From: an uncultured virus (IMG/VR IMGVR_UViG_3300025853_000072)
Lineage: Duplodnaviria; Heunggongvirae; Uroviricota; Caudoviricetes; Crassvirales
DNA length: 20,000 nt
Strand: one strand, 5' to 3'
IMG/VR virus record: IMGVR_UViG_3300025853_000072
The position numbers and the translations under genes are program-made. The notes beneath the pieces were generated by a model that saw nothing but the letters and a program-made list of their open reading frames with translations, was not told where the DNA came from and ran no database searches. This document shows positions 8,972-16,422 of this stretch, one piece after another; within the stretch, counting starts at the first letter, position 1; each line of letters opens with the position of its first letter.

Positions 8972-9224
8972 TGTCTCGTGCGATCATAAGGAGGATAAGA
9001 TAACCTGCGAGGTCTTGCAACGTATCCTCCGTCGCGTCGATAAGACCTGCGTTTTTAATTCGCTTCAGCTTGTCGTCGATGCGCATCTTGATGCCCGACA
9101 CAGCGTTGGCTTCTGAGAAAATGTTGAGAGGGTCGAGGGCCGAGTCACCATACTTGGCGTTCTTGCTTAGCAGCAGGTCCTCAAGGTCTTTACACTTGCT
9201 CTTTATTTTGTTGCTTGTGTTCAT
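8862..9224 (-). CDS. DUF1599 / nucleotide-modification-associated (MazG-like helical) protein
   Basis: Signature KNAKYGDS...RIDDKLKRI...EDTLQDLAGY. Confidence 0.75.
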   Translation of the reverse strand: MNTSNKIKSKCKDLEDLLLSKNAKYGDSALDPLNIFSEANAVSGIKMRIDDKLKRIKNAGLIDATEDTLQDLAGYLILLMIARDNASNDIQKRLRQDQPPSHTTTTSVGKDSDWEVEYSD

Positions 9225-9483
9225 CTTTAGTCAGTGTAGAATGTGAGATGAGCTTCTTGTCTAGGATTTCCCTGATGATTATTTGCTTCTCCGACTTGGC
9301 GTTCTTGCCGTAGAGCTCATGCTCTAGGCGTGTCATTGTTTTGATGTCGTAATTGCGGATGTCATTCGGGTTGTCGAAGACGGATACTATCCACACAACA
9401 CGCTCGTGTACAACCTTCCGTTTCTTGAAGGCGACACGAGCGGTCATGTAGTAGATAGGTGCCCTATCAGAATGGCAAGTCAT
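9190..9483 (-). CDS. Hypothetical protein (start probably 9483 or 9447)
   Basis: Fills the gap between the SSB-like and DUF1599-like genes. The track start at 9537 overlaps the SSB tail by about 70 nt. Confidence 0.55.
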   Translation of the reverse strand: MTCHSDRAPIYYMTARVAFKKRKVVHERVVWIVSVFDNPNDIRNYDIKTMTRLEHELYGKNAKSEKQIIIREILDKKLISHSTLTKDEHKQQNKEQV

Positions 9484-9787
9484 CTGACTCAGCAACAGGT
9501 GCTGGGGCATCCTGTGCTGCTTGAGCCTTCGCTTCACGCTTGGCTTGGGCAGCTGCGCTGTTCGGATCGAACACCGAACAGCAAGGCTTGCCGTTCTTGG
9601 ACATGAACAACTTGAGGTAGACGTTGCCGCCCTGTCCCTGATCGTTCACGGTGGTTGCATACTTGTCAATCATCTCTTGAAGTTCAGACTTCTTGAGTTT
9701 GACGGACCAAGATGAGAGGTTGTCCTCGTAGTAACGAGGTTCTTCGGTGTACCCTACGAGTACGGAGTCATAGCTGTTATCGCTCAT
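9467..9787 (-). CDS. Putative single-stranded DNA-binding protein
   Basis: Small beta-rich domain, Ala/Pro/Gln linker and acidic C-terminal DDLPF tail. Sits next to the recombination genes. Confidence 0.7.
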   Translation of the reverse strand: MSDNSYDSVLVGYTEEPRYYEDNLSSWSVKLKKSELQEMIDKYATTVNDQGQGGNVYLKLFMSKNGKPCCSVFDPNSAAAQAKREAKAQAAQDAPAPVAESDDLPF

Positions 9788-9828
9788 GATGTAAATAAAT
9801 TAAAAAAATTAAACAGGAAAGATATCGG

Positions 9829-9859
9829 TAAAGGTATAGTACAATGAGAATGCAAGCAA
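9829..9859 (-). promoter_or_regulatory. Bacteroidota-type promoter (variant) upstream of the SSB-like gene
   Basis: Minus strand TTG-N20-TACCTTTA, followed by an AT-rich leader. Confidence 0.5.
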
Positions 9860-9884
9860 GCATTTCCAAAGTACCCGTGTAGTC

Positions 9885-10658
9885 TTATACAATAAAGTCG
9901 GCATAGTGTTTTTCTGTTGGTGTGCTGTCGTTCAGCCAGTTATTGATGTTCTCGATCGCTTCGTGAAACTTCATCTCACCCTTGAACAGGGTCTCGTCGG
10001 AGCACTTGACGTCTGCAGGGAAGAAGGGGTAAGCCTTCTCCTGCACGACCCAGTAGTACTCCTTGATGCCGAACACCTTGGTGTAGATGTAGGCCTGGAT
10101 GTCGTAGCTAAAGCTGTTGACGTCGTACCTGAACTTGTCGATCGAGCGTGATGACTTGGAGTCCACGATGAACTCCCCGTCACGCAGACAATCGAGGAAC
10201 CCCTTGAGTGGGATACCGTCGAGGTCTGTATTGAACTCAACCTGAAACTTACCACCTGCAAAACGCTTGTCGTACAGGCCGCAGTCTTTCAGGCGTTGGA
10301 TCATCTCCTCAGCTCGCTTGACGTCAGCGGCAGGAGCTAGTTTCTTGTCCGCATTCGTCGCAGTTTGCCCCGCTTCGGCGACCCACTCCTTGTATCGTTT
10401 CGTGCTACGAGGGTTACGGCCACCAATGCTAGACACAATGTCAGCGTCATCGAGAGTGTAGTAGAGGTCATTGAATTTTTCAGGTTCGAACAGAAGCAAA
10501 TCATACAAGGACCCGAACTGAAGAGCTTCTGATTCTTTCTTCAGCTGGCCTCTCATGTACATCTCCCAGAGCTTCATGTCTCCGAGAGCATACTTGAGCG
10601 AGGAGTAGGAGAGGTGGGGTTTGCCCACTCTCTCCTTGAGTTGCTCTCGCATTGTCAT
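9885..10658 (-). CDS. RecE/exonuclease VIII-like PD-(D/E)XK exonuclease (DUF3799-like)
   Basis: Motifs HLSYSSLK, FGSLYD.LLFEP, KGFLDC, IVDSKS and YDIQAYIY. Confidence 0.85.
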   Translation of the reverse strand: MTMREQLKERVGKPHLSYSSLKYALGDMKLWEMYMRGQLKKESEALQFGSLYDLLLFEPEKFNDLYYTLDDADIVSSIGGRNPRSTKRYKEWVAEAGQTATNADKKLAPAADVKRAEEMIQRLKDCGLYDKRFAGGKFQVEFNTDLDGIPLKGFLDCLRDGEFIVDSKSSRSIDKFRYDVNSFSYDIQAYIYTKVFGIKEYYWVVQEKAYPFFPADVKCSDETLFKGEMKFHEAIENINNWLNDSTPTEKHYADFIV

Positions 10659-11209
10659 CGCACAAACTTTCTCAGCCCTGCAACTTGTTTCTCTGAAAGC
10701 TGATCACCGTACTTCTTGGTGACAGAATCAAACGCCTTGCGCTTGTCCGTCTGTCCCTTGATGTAGGCAACCGCCTTGTCCATGATGTTCTCTACTGGCG
10801 CGTCGAGAGCTTTGCTAAGCTTCTGGACTTTAGGGTTGTCGACCATGGCTTGTTGTTGCGCGATTGCATCTTCAACTTCATTAGCTGACGCAATAGACGT
10901 GTCGATTCCGATTCCGAGAACCGCCAATGCACGACCGACTGCTGAGGTTTCACAGTTTTCGACATAGCTTGTCTTGTTAATGTTGGACGATGACTTCACC
11001 TCATGAGCGTGACCCTGAGCCACGATAGTACCCTCTGCTGTAGTGATCGTACAGCGGCACATGCATTGTGTGTCGTCAATGATCGGGAACTCCGTGTGGA
11101 TGCCCCAGTTTTTGAAGCGGTCCTCTTGGCGAAAGAACTTGATGCGCTCGTTCACTTCGACGTACTGCTTGCCACGTATGTTCGTGGTCTTGAACTTGTA
11201 ATTAGACAT
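10655..11209 (-). CDS. Putative single-strand annealing protein (Sak/Rad52-like)
   Basis: IRGKQYVEVNERI...AQGHAHE...SYVENCETSAVGRALA.LGIG. Coupled to the RecE-like gene. Confidence 0.7.
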   Translation of the reverse strand: MSNYKFKTTNIRGKQYVEVNERIKFFRQEDRFKNWGIHTEFPIIDDTQCMCRCTITTAEGTIVAQGHAHEVKSSSNINKTSYVENCETSAVGRALAVLGIGIDTSIASANEVEDAIAQQQAMVDNPKVQKLSKALDAPVENIMDKAVAYIKGQTDKRKAFDSVTKKYGDQLSEKQVAGLRKFVR

Positions 11210-11218
11210 TGAATTGAA

Positions 11219-11689
11219 TTAGTTGTGGACAAATGTAGGGGAAAGGTTCGACACATCCAAGGATTTGTCGACACTTTCTTCAATCTTAGCACGCCGACGC
11301 TTGAGCTGTACGATCGTGCGGTTGAGTGTCTCAAGCTCAGTCTTGACGCACAACACAGAGGATTCTAGCATGACTCGTTGAACCATATTGTGCTTGCTTG
11401 CAAAGTCCTCGATAACTTTAAGGGCCATGGAGTAATTGAAGCGATAGAATGGTGAGCTCGCGGTGTACACCTCGTGTTGCTTCATCATGTGTACGATCGT
11501 GGAATGATCACCCTTGCCTAGCATGTCTGCTATTTGACGGAAGGTTGCGTAAGGTCTGATGGCGTTAGCCAAGGCTGACCGCACCTCCACCTTGTCTCGG
11601 CGTCGGCAGTTGGGTTCGATGCATTCACCGATGGCATCTTCGTACTCGATACGAATACGTTCGAGCAGTTGCTCAATTTTCATGTTCAT
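11219..11689 (-). CDS. DnaA domain IV-like HTH DNA-binding protein with C-terminal coiled coil
   Basis: TFRQIADMLGKGDHSTIVH resembles the DnaA signature IG..FG.RDHSTV.H. No AAA+ domain. Confidence 0.65.
   Translation of the reverse strand: MNMKIEQLLERIRIEYEDAIGECIEPNCRRRDKVEVRSALANAIRPYATFRQIADMLGKGDHSTIVHMMKQHEVYTASSPFYRFNYSMALKVIEDFASKHNMVQRVMLESSVLCVKTELETLNRTIVQLKRRRAKIEESVDKSLDVSNLSPTFVHN
11230..11260 (-). promoter_or_regulatory. Bacteroidota sigma-A promoter
   Basis: Minus strand TTG-N20-TACATTTG (consensus TAnnTTTG), about 20 nt upstream of the ATG at 11209. Confidence 0.7.
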
Positions 11690-12095
11690 TGTAAAAAAAT
11701 TTATATGCTAGTTCTTGTAATTCTAGGTAGGTCAACATGGACTTCATGATGTCCAGCATGCCAGTGTTGAGTGAGTTGACTAGACCTTTGACGTCAATCT
11801 TTTCTGATTGGTCTATGCCTAGTTCGTCGAGCATCTCCTCTTGACTCATGCTAACATTGAACTGATCCATCAATCCGTTGGATACCGTGACTGTCGCACC
11901 GATGTAGCCATGCACTACCTCTTGCGCCGTCATGTTGACGAACCCCTCCGCACCACGCTCGTCGATATCGGCCATGATGAAACCGACTGCGTTGTTGACG
12001 ACGGGACAGTCAGGTACATCCCACTCATTCTTCTGGTTCAGAACCCACTGTGTTAGTTCCAGGTCTGTCATTTGCTTTGAGTTTTTTGAGTTCAC
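11673..12095 (-). CDS. Hypothetical protein (start may be the ATG at 12071)
   Basis: Long co-oriented ORF overlapping the next gene's start. Confidence 0.65.
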   Translation of the reverse strand: MNSKNSKQMTDLELTQWVLNQKNEWDVPDCPVVNNAVGFIMADIDERGAEGFVNMTAQEVVHGYIGATVTVSNGLMDQFNVSMSQEEMLDELGIDQSEKIDVKGLVNSLNTGMLDIMKSMLTYLELQELAYKFFYNEHEN

Positions 12096-12169
12096 GTTCC
12101 ATCAGTCGCCGCCTGTTTCGGGGGCTACCCTTCTCACCCTTGGCGAGGTTCCTCATAAATCTTAGGTAC

Positions 12170-12559
12170 TTATCCATATATGGCTCTGTTGTTTGTCATC
12201 ATCGTTTTTATTTTGAGTCCGTCTCTGTTGTCGTGGGTGTCGGTGAACCAGTGAGGGTTCTTGCGTGGGTTGTACTTGTAGTGTGTCATGGCGGACGTGT
12301 CGATCTTGACCGTACCCGAGTCCCACACCTGAATGTCGTCGCACGAAACCCATGCACAGACCGTCTTGTTTTCACCCTCGAAGATGCGCTTGGCCGTAGC
12401 AGGTCGGTTACCCAGCACACAGTTACGCATCATTATTGTCTTGAAGGATGGGTCGAAGTAAGACTTCGTATTCTGCTGTCTATCAAACACTTGCCACTTC
12501 ATAAAGTTATCACCCTTGGCGAGGTGAAAACGTACGCGATATCTTTTGATGTTCTTCAT
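12170..12559 (-). CDS. Hypothetical phage protein
   Basis: 129-aa ORF, co-oriented, with globular composition (VRFHLAKG..FMKWQV; KTVCAWV; YNPRKNPHW). Confidence 0.7.
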   Translation of the reverse strand: MKNIKRYRVRFHLAKGDNFMKWQVFDRQQNTKSYFDPSFKTIMMRNCVLGNRPATAKRIFEGENKTVCAWVSCDDIQVWDSGTVKIDTSAMTHYKYNPRKNPHWFTDTHDNRDGLKIKTMMTNNRAIYG

Positions 12560-12704
12560 GCTGTAGTTTTAATCTCATTTTAGACTCCCAATCTCGGACC
12601 ATGCAGTCCAACATCATCTTGTCTTGAGGGGATGCGGTCGCCTCAAAGCGCCGCATCTTCTCCTCTATCTCCGCCCACTTGCGGTCCATGTACTCGTCAG
12701 TCAT
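12510..12704 (-). CDS. Hypothetical small protein
   Basis: Co-oriented, with its start overlapping the upstream stop. Confidence 0.5.
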   Translation of the reverse strand: MTDEYMDRKWAEIEEKMRRFEATASPQDKMMLDCMVRDWESKMRLKLQHEEHQKISRTFSPRQG

Positions 12705-13026
12705 TTACATTTGATTTGATTACAAATTTTGCGTAGGCTTTCATTGCTTCACATTCGGAGGAGAGGTGAGTGTAAACCTCAAACACATCACCGTCCTCCA
12801 TCTTCTTTCGCTTGCGCAACCTCCAGAAATCAATCTTCCTATCGATTACGCCTTCGACTACGCCTTGGAATCTAGTCAAGCCAGGCAATACTGTTTGTCT
12901 GTCTAGGGAATAGATGTCAATTCTTTTTCTTTCCTTCAGAGACTGCCTCCCTGCTGGAACTGTTATGTGAGTTTTATTTTTGTAAAACGTAATGTCTTTA
13001 AGTTTTATTTTTTCCATGTCAGTCAT
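12697..13026 (-). CDS. Hypothetical basic protein (start re-assigned to MTDMEKIKL)
   Basis: The ATG at 13026 overlaps the upstream stop. The longer track ORF overlaps 13019-13612 by 250 nt. Confidence 0.6.
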   Translation of the reverse strand: MTDMEKIKLKDITFYKNKTHITVPAGRQSLKERKRIDIYSLDRQTVLPGLTRFQGVVEGVIDRKIDFWRLRKRKKMEDGDVFEVYTHLSSECEAMKAYAKFVIKSNVND

Positions 13027-13612
13027 CTTCGGGTTTGAATTTGTCGAGTACGTTCTTCTGATCGACCGTGAAGTACACCCTGTGTGGGCGACTTGGAACA
13101 CTTGGGCTGTCGTGGATGCGCTCTGACTCGTCATCCCAGACCGACTCAATCCATGTGCCGTCGAGCTGATTGAATACGTAGTAAAGGTCTCCCTCCTTGA
13201 AGGGGTAGACCTTCTCACCTGTGTACTTGGCGAGTCGTCGCTCAAGCATAGCAATCTGGTCGTCACGCAGGGCTACGAGTTCCCTTTGCTCACGCCATGC
13301 TTTCTTCATGGTGACCTCCTCGTGGGTGGAGTCCTTGTATGCCTTGGACAACTCTGCAAGTTGGTCATTGAGCGTGGCAATCTCGTCGAGTAGCTTGTCA
13401 GCATACCCCTTCATCCTGTCGTACTCCTCGGTCATGAACGCAAGCTTCTTGGTGAGGGATTCTTCACGCCCTGTCTGTTCGTGCCATGCCTTGGTTGCCG
13501 CCTGCTGACGGAACTCCATCGACTCGATGGTTTGCTTGGCACGGCTGATGGCTGACTCGCAGTACCGCACAGCGGCTTCGAGTTCGTTCTTGTTTTCTTG
13601 TACTGATGTCAT
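13019..13612 (-). CDS. Coiled-coil protein with small C-terminal domain
   Basis: Long heptad-rich region followed by YPFKEGDLYY...ESVWDDESE. Confidence 0.7.
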   Translation of the reverse strand: MTSVQENKNELEAAVRYCESAISRAKQTIESMEFRQQAATKAWHEQTGREESLTKKLAFMTEEYDRMKGYADKLLDEIATLNDQLAELSKAYKDSTHEEVTMKKAWREQRELVALRDDQIAMLERRLAKYTGEKVYPFKEGDLYYVFNQLDGTWIESVWDDESERIHDSPSVPSRPHRVYFTVDQKNVLDKFKPEDD

Positions 13613-13848
13613 GAGTGGTAGATAAATGAAAAGTGTTCACGAATAGATCGTCCGTAGGGGCTGTGGAACCCGTAGCTGTGAGTGCCAGGCAGTGGCTTGT
13701 TCTCCACCATGAAGCAGAGAACATTGTAAGGGTCGAGTTTAAACGTTGCGCCTGTCTCGGTGGCTGCTTCGAGAAGCATCTCGGGGTCGTGCACGCACAC
13801 CTCTTGGACAACGTAATCGAAGTAATCTTGGATGTCTGATAATGTCAT
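13609..13848 (-). CDS. Hypothetical protein
   Basis: ATGA overlaps at both ends. Confidence 0.65.
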   Translation of the reverse strand: MTLSDIQDYFDYVVQEVCVHDPEMLLEAATETGATFKLDPYNVLCFMVENKPLPGTHSYGFHSPYGRSIREHFSFIYHS

Positions 13849-14069
13849 GCGTTCTGTTCTTCGTGAATACTGATGATGTGTTCTGCCACCTGCTCTTCGA
13901 TGCGGTCCACTACCTCGTCCACCTGATCGTAAGTGAACCCGTGGGTCTGACGTAGGTACTTCTGAAGTAGTTGGTATGCACTCTTGACGTGGGTGTCAAG
14001 GCTGTTGGCATTGAAGCAGTCGCTGACTGCCACTCGGATGTCGAGGTCTGTCTGTGATTCGATAGTCAT
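13845..14069 (-). CDS. Hypothetical protein
   Basis: ATGA overlaps at both ends. Confidence 0.65.
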   Translation of the reverse strand: MTIESQTDLDIRVAVSDCFNANSLDTHVKSAYQLLQKYLRQTHGFTYDQVDEVVDRIEEQVAEHIISIHEEQNA

Positions 14070-14206
14070 GCGTTTCGGTGTTGATTGTATTGATTCATGA
14101 TTTGCTCAACGGTCATGCCGTCGTTCAGGGATTCAGGTCGCCTGTCCATCCAGTACACAAGGGAGCGGAGGTAGTTGGCGGCGTAGTCATAGGGTTGTTC
14201 ATTCAT
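14066..14206 (-). CDS. Hypothetical 46-aa protein (MNEQPYDYAANY...)
   Basis: The start overlaps the upstream stop and the stop overlaps the downstream ATG. Confidence 0.55.
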   Translation of the reverse strand: MNEQPYDYAANYLRSLVYWMDRRPESLNDGMTVEQIMNQYNQHRNA

Positions 14207-14801
14207 CGGTCTTGAGTTTCTTGGGGATACGGAAAGCGTGCATGGTGTAGTCGTCGATGTCGATGAAGGCTTCGTTGCGGTAGTACACAGAGGAGATGAA
14301 CTCACCCATTTGTGCAAGGTTGTGCAGGGATTGGTGAGGATTGTCGTCGGTGCTGTTGTCCATCACATCGGAGGAGACACGAGCCACAAGTGACATACAC
14401 AGGGGGTAGTAGTCCCATGCCACGCAGGAATCCTGTTGGTCCCACGTCAGCCAGATATGCTCGGTGGTGGAAGAGTTCTCGTATCGTGAGGCATCAACCT
14501 CGACGATGCGGAACACCTCGACACTCACGTCATCCATGTACTCTGCAACGTAGTCGTCGTGGTCCATGTCTGAGGGGACGCAAGCCTTGTAGTTGTCAGG
14601 GTCGCGGTCCATGGTGACAAAGGTGTGCATCATGTCACGGCTGTGTTCGATGTTGACACACATCTCGTCCTTGCGGTAGTCGTCGAGGTTTTGCTTGATG
14701 TGCTTGATGGCGGACTCTTCGTCGGGGAAGAACTCGCAAGTGGTGTCGGAGTAGCCTTCGTACAGGCCGCACACTCCGTGGATTACTGCATAAATTTTCA
14801 T
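14199..14801 (-). CDS. Hypothetical acidic early protein
   Basis: 200-aa ORF preceded by the TCAAACTTCAA leader motif. Confidence 0.7.
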   Translation of the reverse strand: MKIYAVIHGVCGLYEGYSDTTCEFFPDEESAIKHIKQNLDDYRKDEMCVNIEHSRDMMHTFVTMDRDPDNYKACVPSDMDHDDYVAEYMDDVSVEVFRIVEVDASRYENSSTTEHIWLTWDQQDSCVAWDYYPLCMSLVARVSSDVMDNSTDDNPHQSLHNLAQMGEFISSVYYRNEAFIDIDDYTMHAFRIPKKLKTDE

Positions 14802-14843
14802 AGGTAGTGAATTGAAGTTTGAAAATGATTGATAAGTATTGTC

Positions 14844-14885
14844 TGTATATATACTCTCTTCACTCTGTTCAGAGAGATATATACA
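14844..14885 (-). repeat. Long hairpin, copy 1 of 3
   Basis: Plus strand TGTATATATACTCTCT-TCACTCTGTTC-AGAGAGATATATACA. Related copies at 15490-15544 and 16663-16725. Confidence 0.8.
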
Positions 14886-14897
14886 TACATACTATAG

Positions 14898-14946
14898 AAG
14901 GGAGGAGGGGACTCGAACACCTCGGACGCACCGACTGCGCTCCCTT
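14898..14946 (-). ncRNA. tRNA-like mini-element (acceptor-like stem, one hairpin, T-arm-like hairpin)
   Basis: Minus strand AAGGGAG-CGCAgtcggTGCG-tcc-GAGGTG TTCGAGT CCCCTC-CTCCCTT. Confidence 0.45.
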
Positions 14947-14947
14947 G

Positions 14948-15025
14948 AAAAAAGTCAGGGTTTGGCCTGACGCTTCAGGTAAAAAAGTGAGGGGATAGCC
15001 TGACGTTTCAGGTAGTTACCCCCTC
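14948..15025 (-). terminator. Two tandem intrinsic terminator-like hairpins, each associated with a CCTGA-A(A/G)CG-TCAGG hairpin
   Basis: Minus strand GAGGGGGTAA...TATCCCCTC-AC-TTTTTT and GTCAGG-CCAAAC-CCTGAC-TTTTTT. Confidence 0.6.
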
Positions 15026-15040
15026 GTGGTCAAACTTCAA

Positions 15041-15238
15041 TTAACCAAAGTGAGATGCGTGGTACATGATGTCCTCGTCGTGGAGACGGAAGGACGTTGC
15101 ATTCTGAAGTGCCGAGTCCCATACGCTGTCGATGTAGACAGCATACTGCTTGGGTTCGCACTCCACTACCGATGCGTTGTACCCATCATCTGTGAGTACG
15201 GAAACGCATTTGTCGCAAAGGTCTTGTGTGATTTTCAT
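15041..15238 (-). CDS. Hypothetical protein (start MKITQDL)
   Basis: ATGA overlap with the stop of the upstream gene at 15235-15238. Confidence 0.55.
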   Translation of the reverse strand: MKITQDLCDKCVSVLTDDGYNASVVECEPKQYAVYIDSVWDSALQNATSFRLHDEDIMYHASHFG

Positions 15239-15462
15239 GAGTTTACTGCGATTACATATTTTTCTTTGATAGACCACTTGAGCATCCGTTTCTTCTCCTC
15301 TTCGCTCTCCCAATCGAACATCATTGTGGCGTCAGCGATGTTCCGAATCCATTCAGGGTCGTGGCGTGAAACCACGTTCAAGCGGTCGAGGAACTCGCCG
15401 TAGTGAAAGCCGTTCAGGTACAGCACGGCGGAGCCGATGGTGGGGAAGTTTGATTCAGTCAT
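15235..15462 (-). CDS. Hypothetical early protein
   Basis: Directly downstream of a doubled TCAAACTTCAA motif. Confidence 0.65.
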   Translation of the reverse strand: MTESNFPTIGSAVLYLNGFHYGEFLDRLNVVSRHDPEWIRNIADATMMFDWESEEEKKRMLKWSIKEKYVIAVNS

Positions 15463-15489
15463 GGGTTTGAAGTTTGAAGTTTGACATTG

Positions 15490-15544
15490 AGAGGGTTGTA
15501 TATTACCTTCTTCATAAATTCAGAAGGTATATATACTACCTCTC
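15490..15544 (-). repeat. Long hairpin, copy 2 of 3
   Basis: Plus strand AGAGGGTTGTATATTACCTTCT-TCATAAATTC-AGAAGGTATATATACTACCTCT. The stem covaries relative to the other copies. Confidence 0.75.
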
Positions 15545-15546
15545 TA

Positions 15547-15732
15547 TTAAGGTTGGTCGGTGGTGCCGATGCCGAAGTAAGAGAGGTCGAGCCATGTGTC
15601 CTCGTTGTACGCCTCGGCAACCATTGAGGTTGCTTCGTAGTCGCGGCACTCGGAGTAGTAGGCGTACGCCTCGATGAGTTCGTCGTGACAAAGGTCACGG
15701 AATGGGTTGAAGTATTCGTTGAAGTTTGACAT
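15547..15732 (-). CDS. Hypothetical highly acidic 61-aa protein
   Basis: D/E/Y-rich ORF that begins ATG-TCAAACTTCAA. Confidence 0.6.
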   Translation of the reverse strand: MSNFNEYFNPFRDLCHDELIEAYAYYSECRDYEATSMVAEAYNEDTWLDLSYFGIGTTDQP

Positions 15733-15738
15733 GGTAAA

Positions 15739-15978
15739 TCACTGATTTTGAATGACTTTGAAGGTTTTGTTCCACACGGTCCACCCCGTGTTTGCGAAGT
15801 AGTCCTGTGCCGAGCGGATGGCTTCCTCTTTCGTGAGAGCCTTGATTTTGTGAGGGCCGCGCCAATCATCGCGGTCCCTCCCGTAGTATACGTAGTACTC
15901 GAATGTATGAAGTCCTGCCTTTGCTTTCATGGCTTCGTAGTGTGTTCCCTTCGCAGGGTAGCGTTCCCAAATGTTCAT
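15739..15978 (-). CDS. Hypothetical protein
   Basis: ATGA overlap with the upstream gene. Confidence 0.65.
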   Translation of the reverse strand: MNIWERYPAKGTHYEAMKAKAGLHTFEYYVYYGRDRDDWRGPHKIKALTKEEAIRSAQDYFANTGWTVWNKTFKVIQNQ

Positions 15979-16403
15979 GATGTTTGATTTTCGGTTTGAC
16001 GTGCAGGCAACTCGACCTTCGTGGTGGCTCCACCAACAACGAAGTCGGGGTTGCGTACCTCTGACTGCGCTTGGAAGTCGTAGATGGCGATTTCGTTTCG
16101 GTGCTTCGCAAGTTCCAAGGCTACGTACTTGCTACGAACCACGTCGGAAACCTCGATGAAGGCCATTCCTGCATCCACCCAGCCCCCGATCACCTGTGTG
16201 TCTGGGTCGAGCATCTCTGATGCCATGCTTGTCATGGCAAGACAGAACTTATTGAACGAAAGGCTGTCGTTTTCAACGACAAGAGAAGGGACTTCGGTGC
16301 CGCCTACTGCGTAGCCACGGCCTGTGAAGGTCTTTTGGTCAGCGTTTACGCTGAAGCCCTCGCCGTCTTGCAGGGCCATGTAAAGAGATTGCAATGATGC
16401 CAT
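15975..16403 (-). CDS. Hypothetical early phage protein (start re-assigned to MASLQSL)
   Basis: The ATG at 16403 follows the leader motif. The track GTG at 16433 lies inside the ribozyme. Motifs GFSV...GYAVG...IGGWVD...EVS...ALELA...EIAIYDF. Confidence 0.7.
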   Translation of the reverse strand: MASLQSLYMALQDGEGFSVNADQKTFTGRGYAVGGTEVPSLVVENDSLSFNKFCLAMTSMASEMLDPDTQVIGGWVDAGMAFIEVSDVVRSKYVALELAKHRNEIAIYDFQAQSEVRNPDFVVGGATTKVELPARQTENQTS

Positions 16404-16422
16404 TGTAAATGAATTGAAGTTT

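Noticed and set aside
1530..13880. Other CTGATGA occurrences (~1530, ~9272, ~13870) as additional hammerheads
   Set aside because: They are inside coding sequence and lack the flanking stems and GAAA core.
14898..14946. Canonical tRNA gene
   Set aside because: Only about 49 nt, one arm is missing, there is no 7-nt anticodon loop and no CCA. Kept only as tRNA-like.
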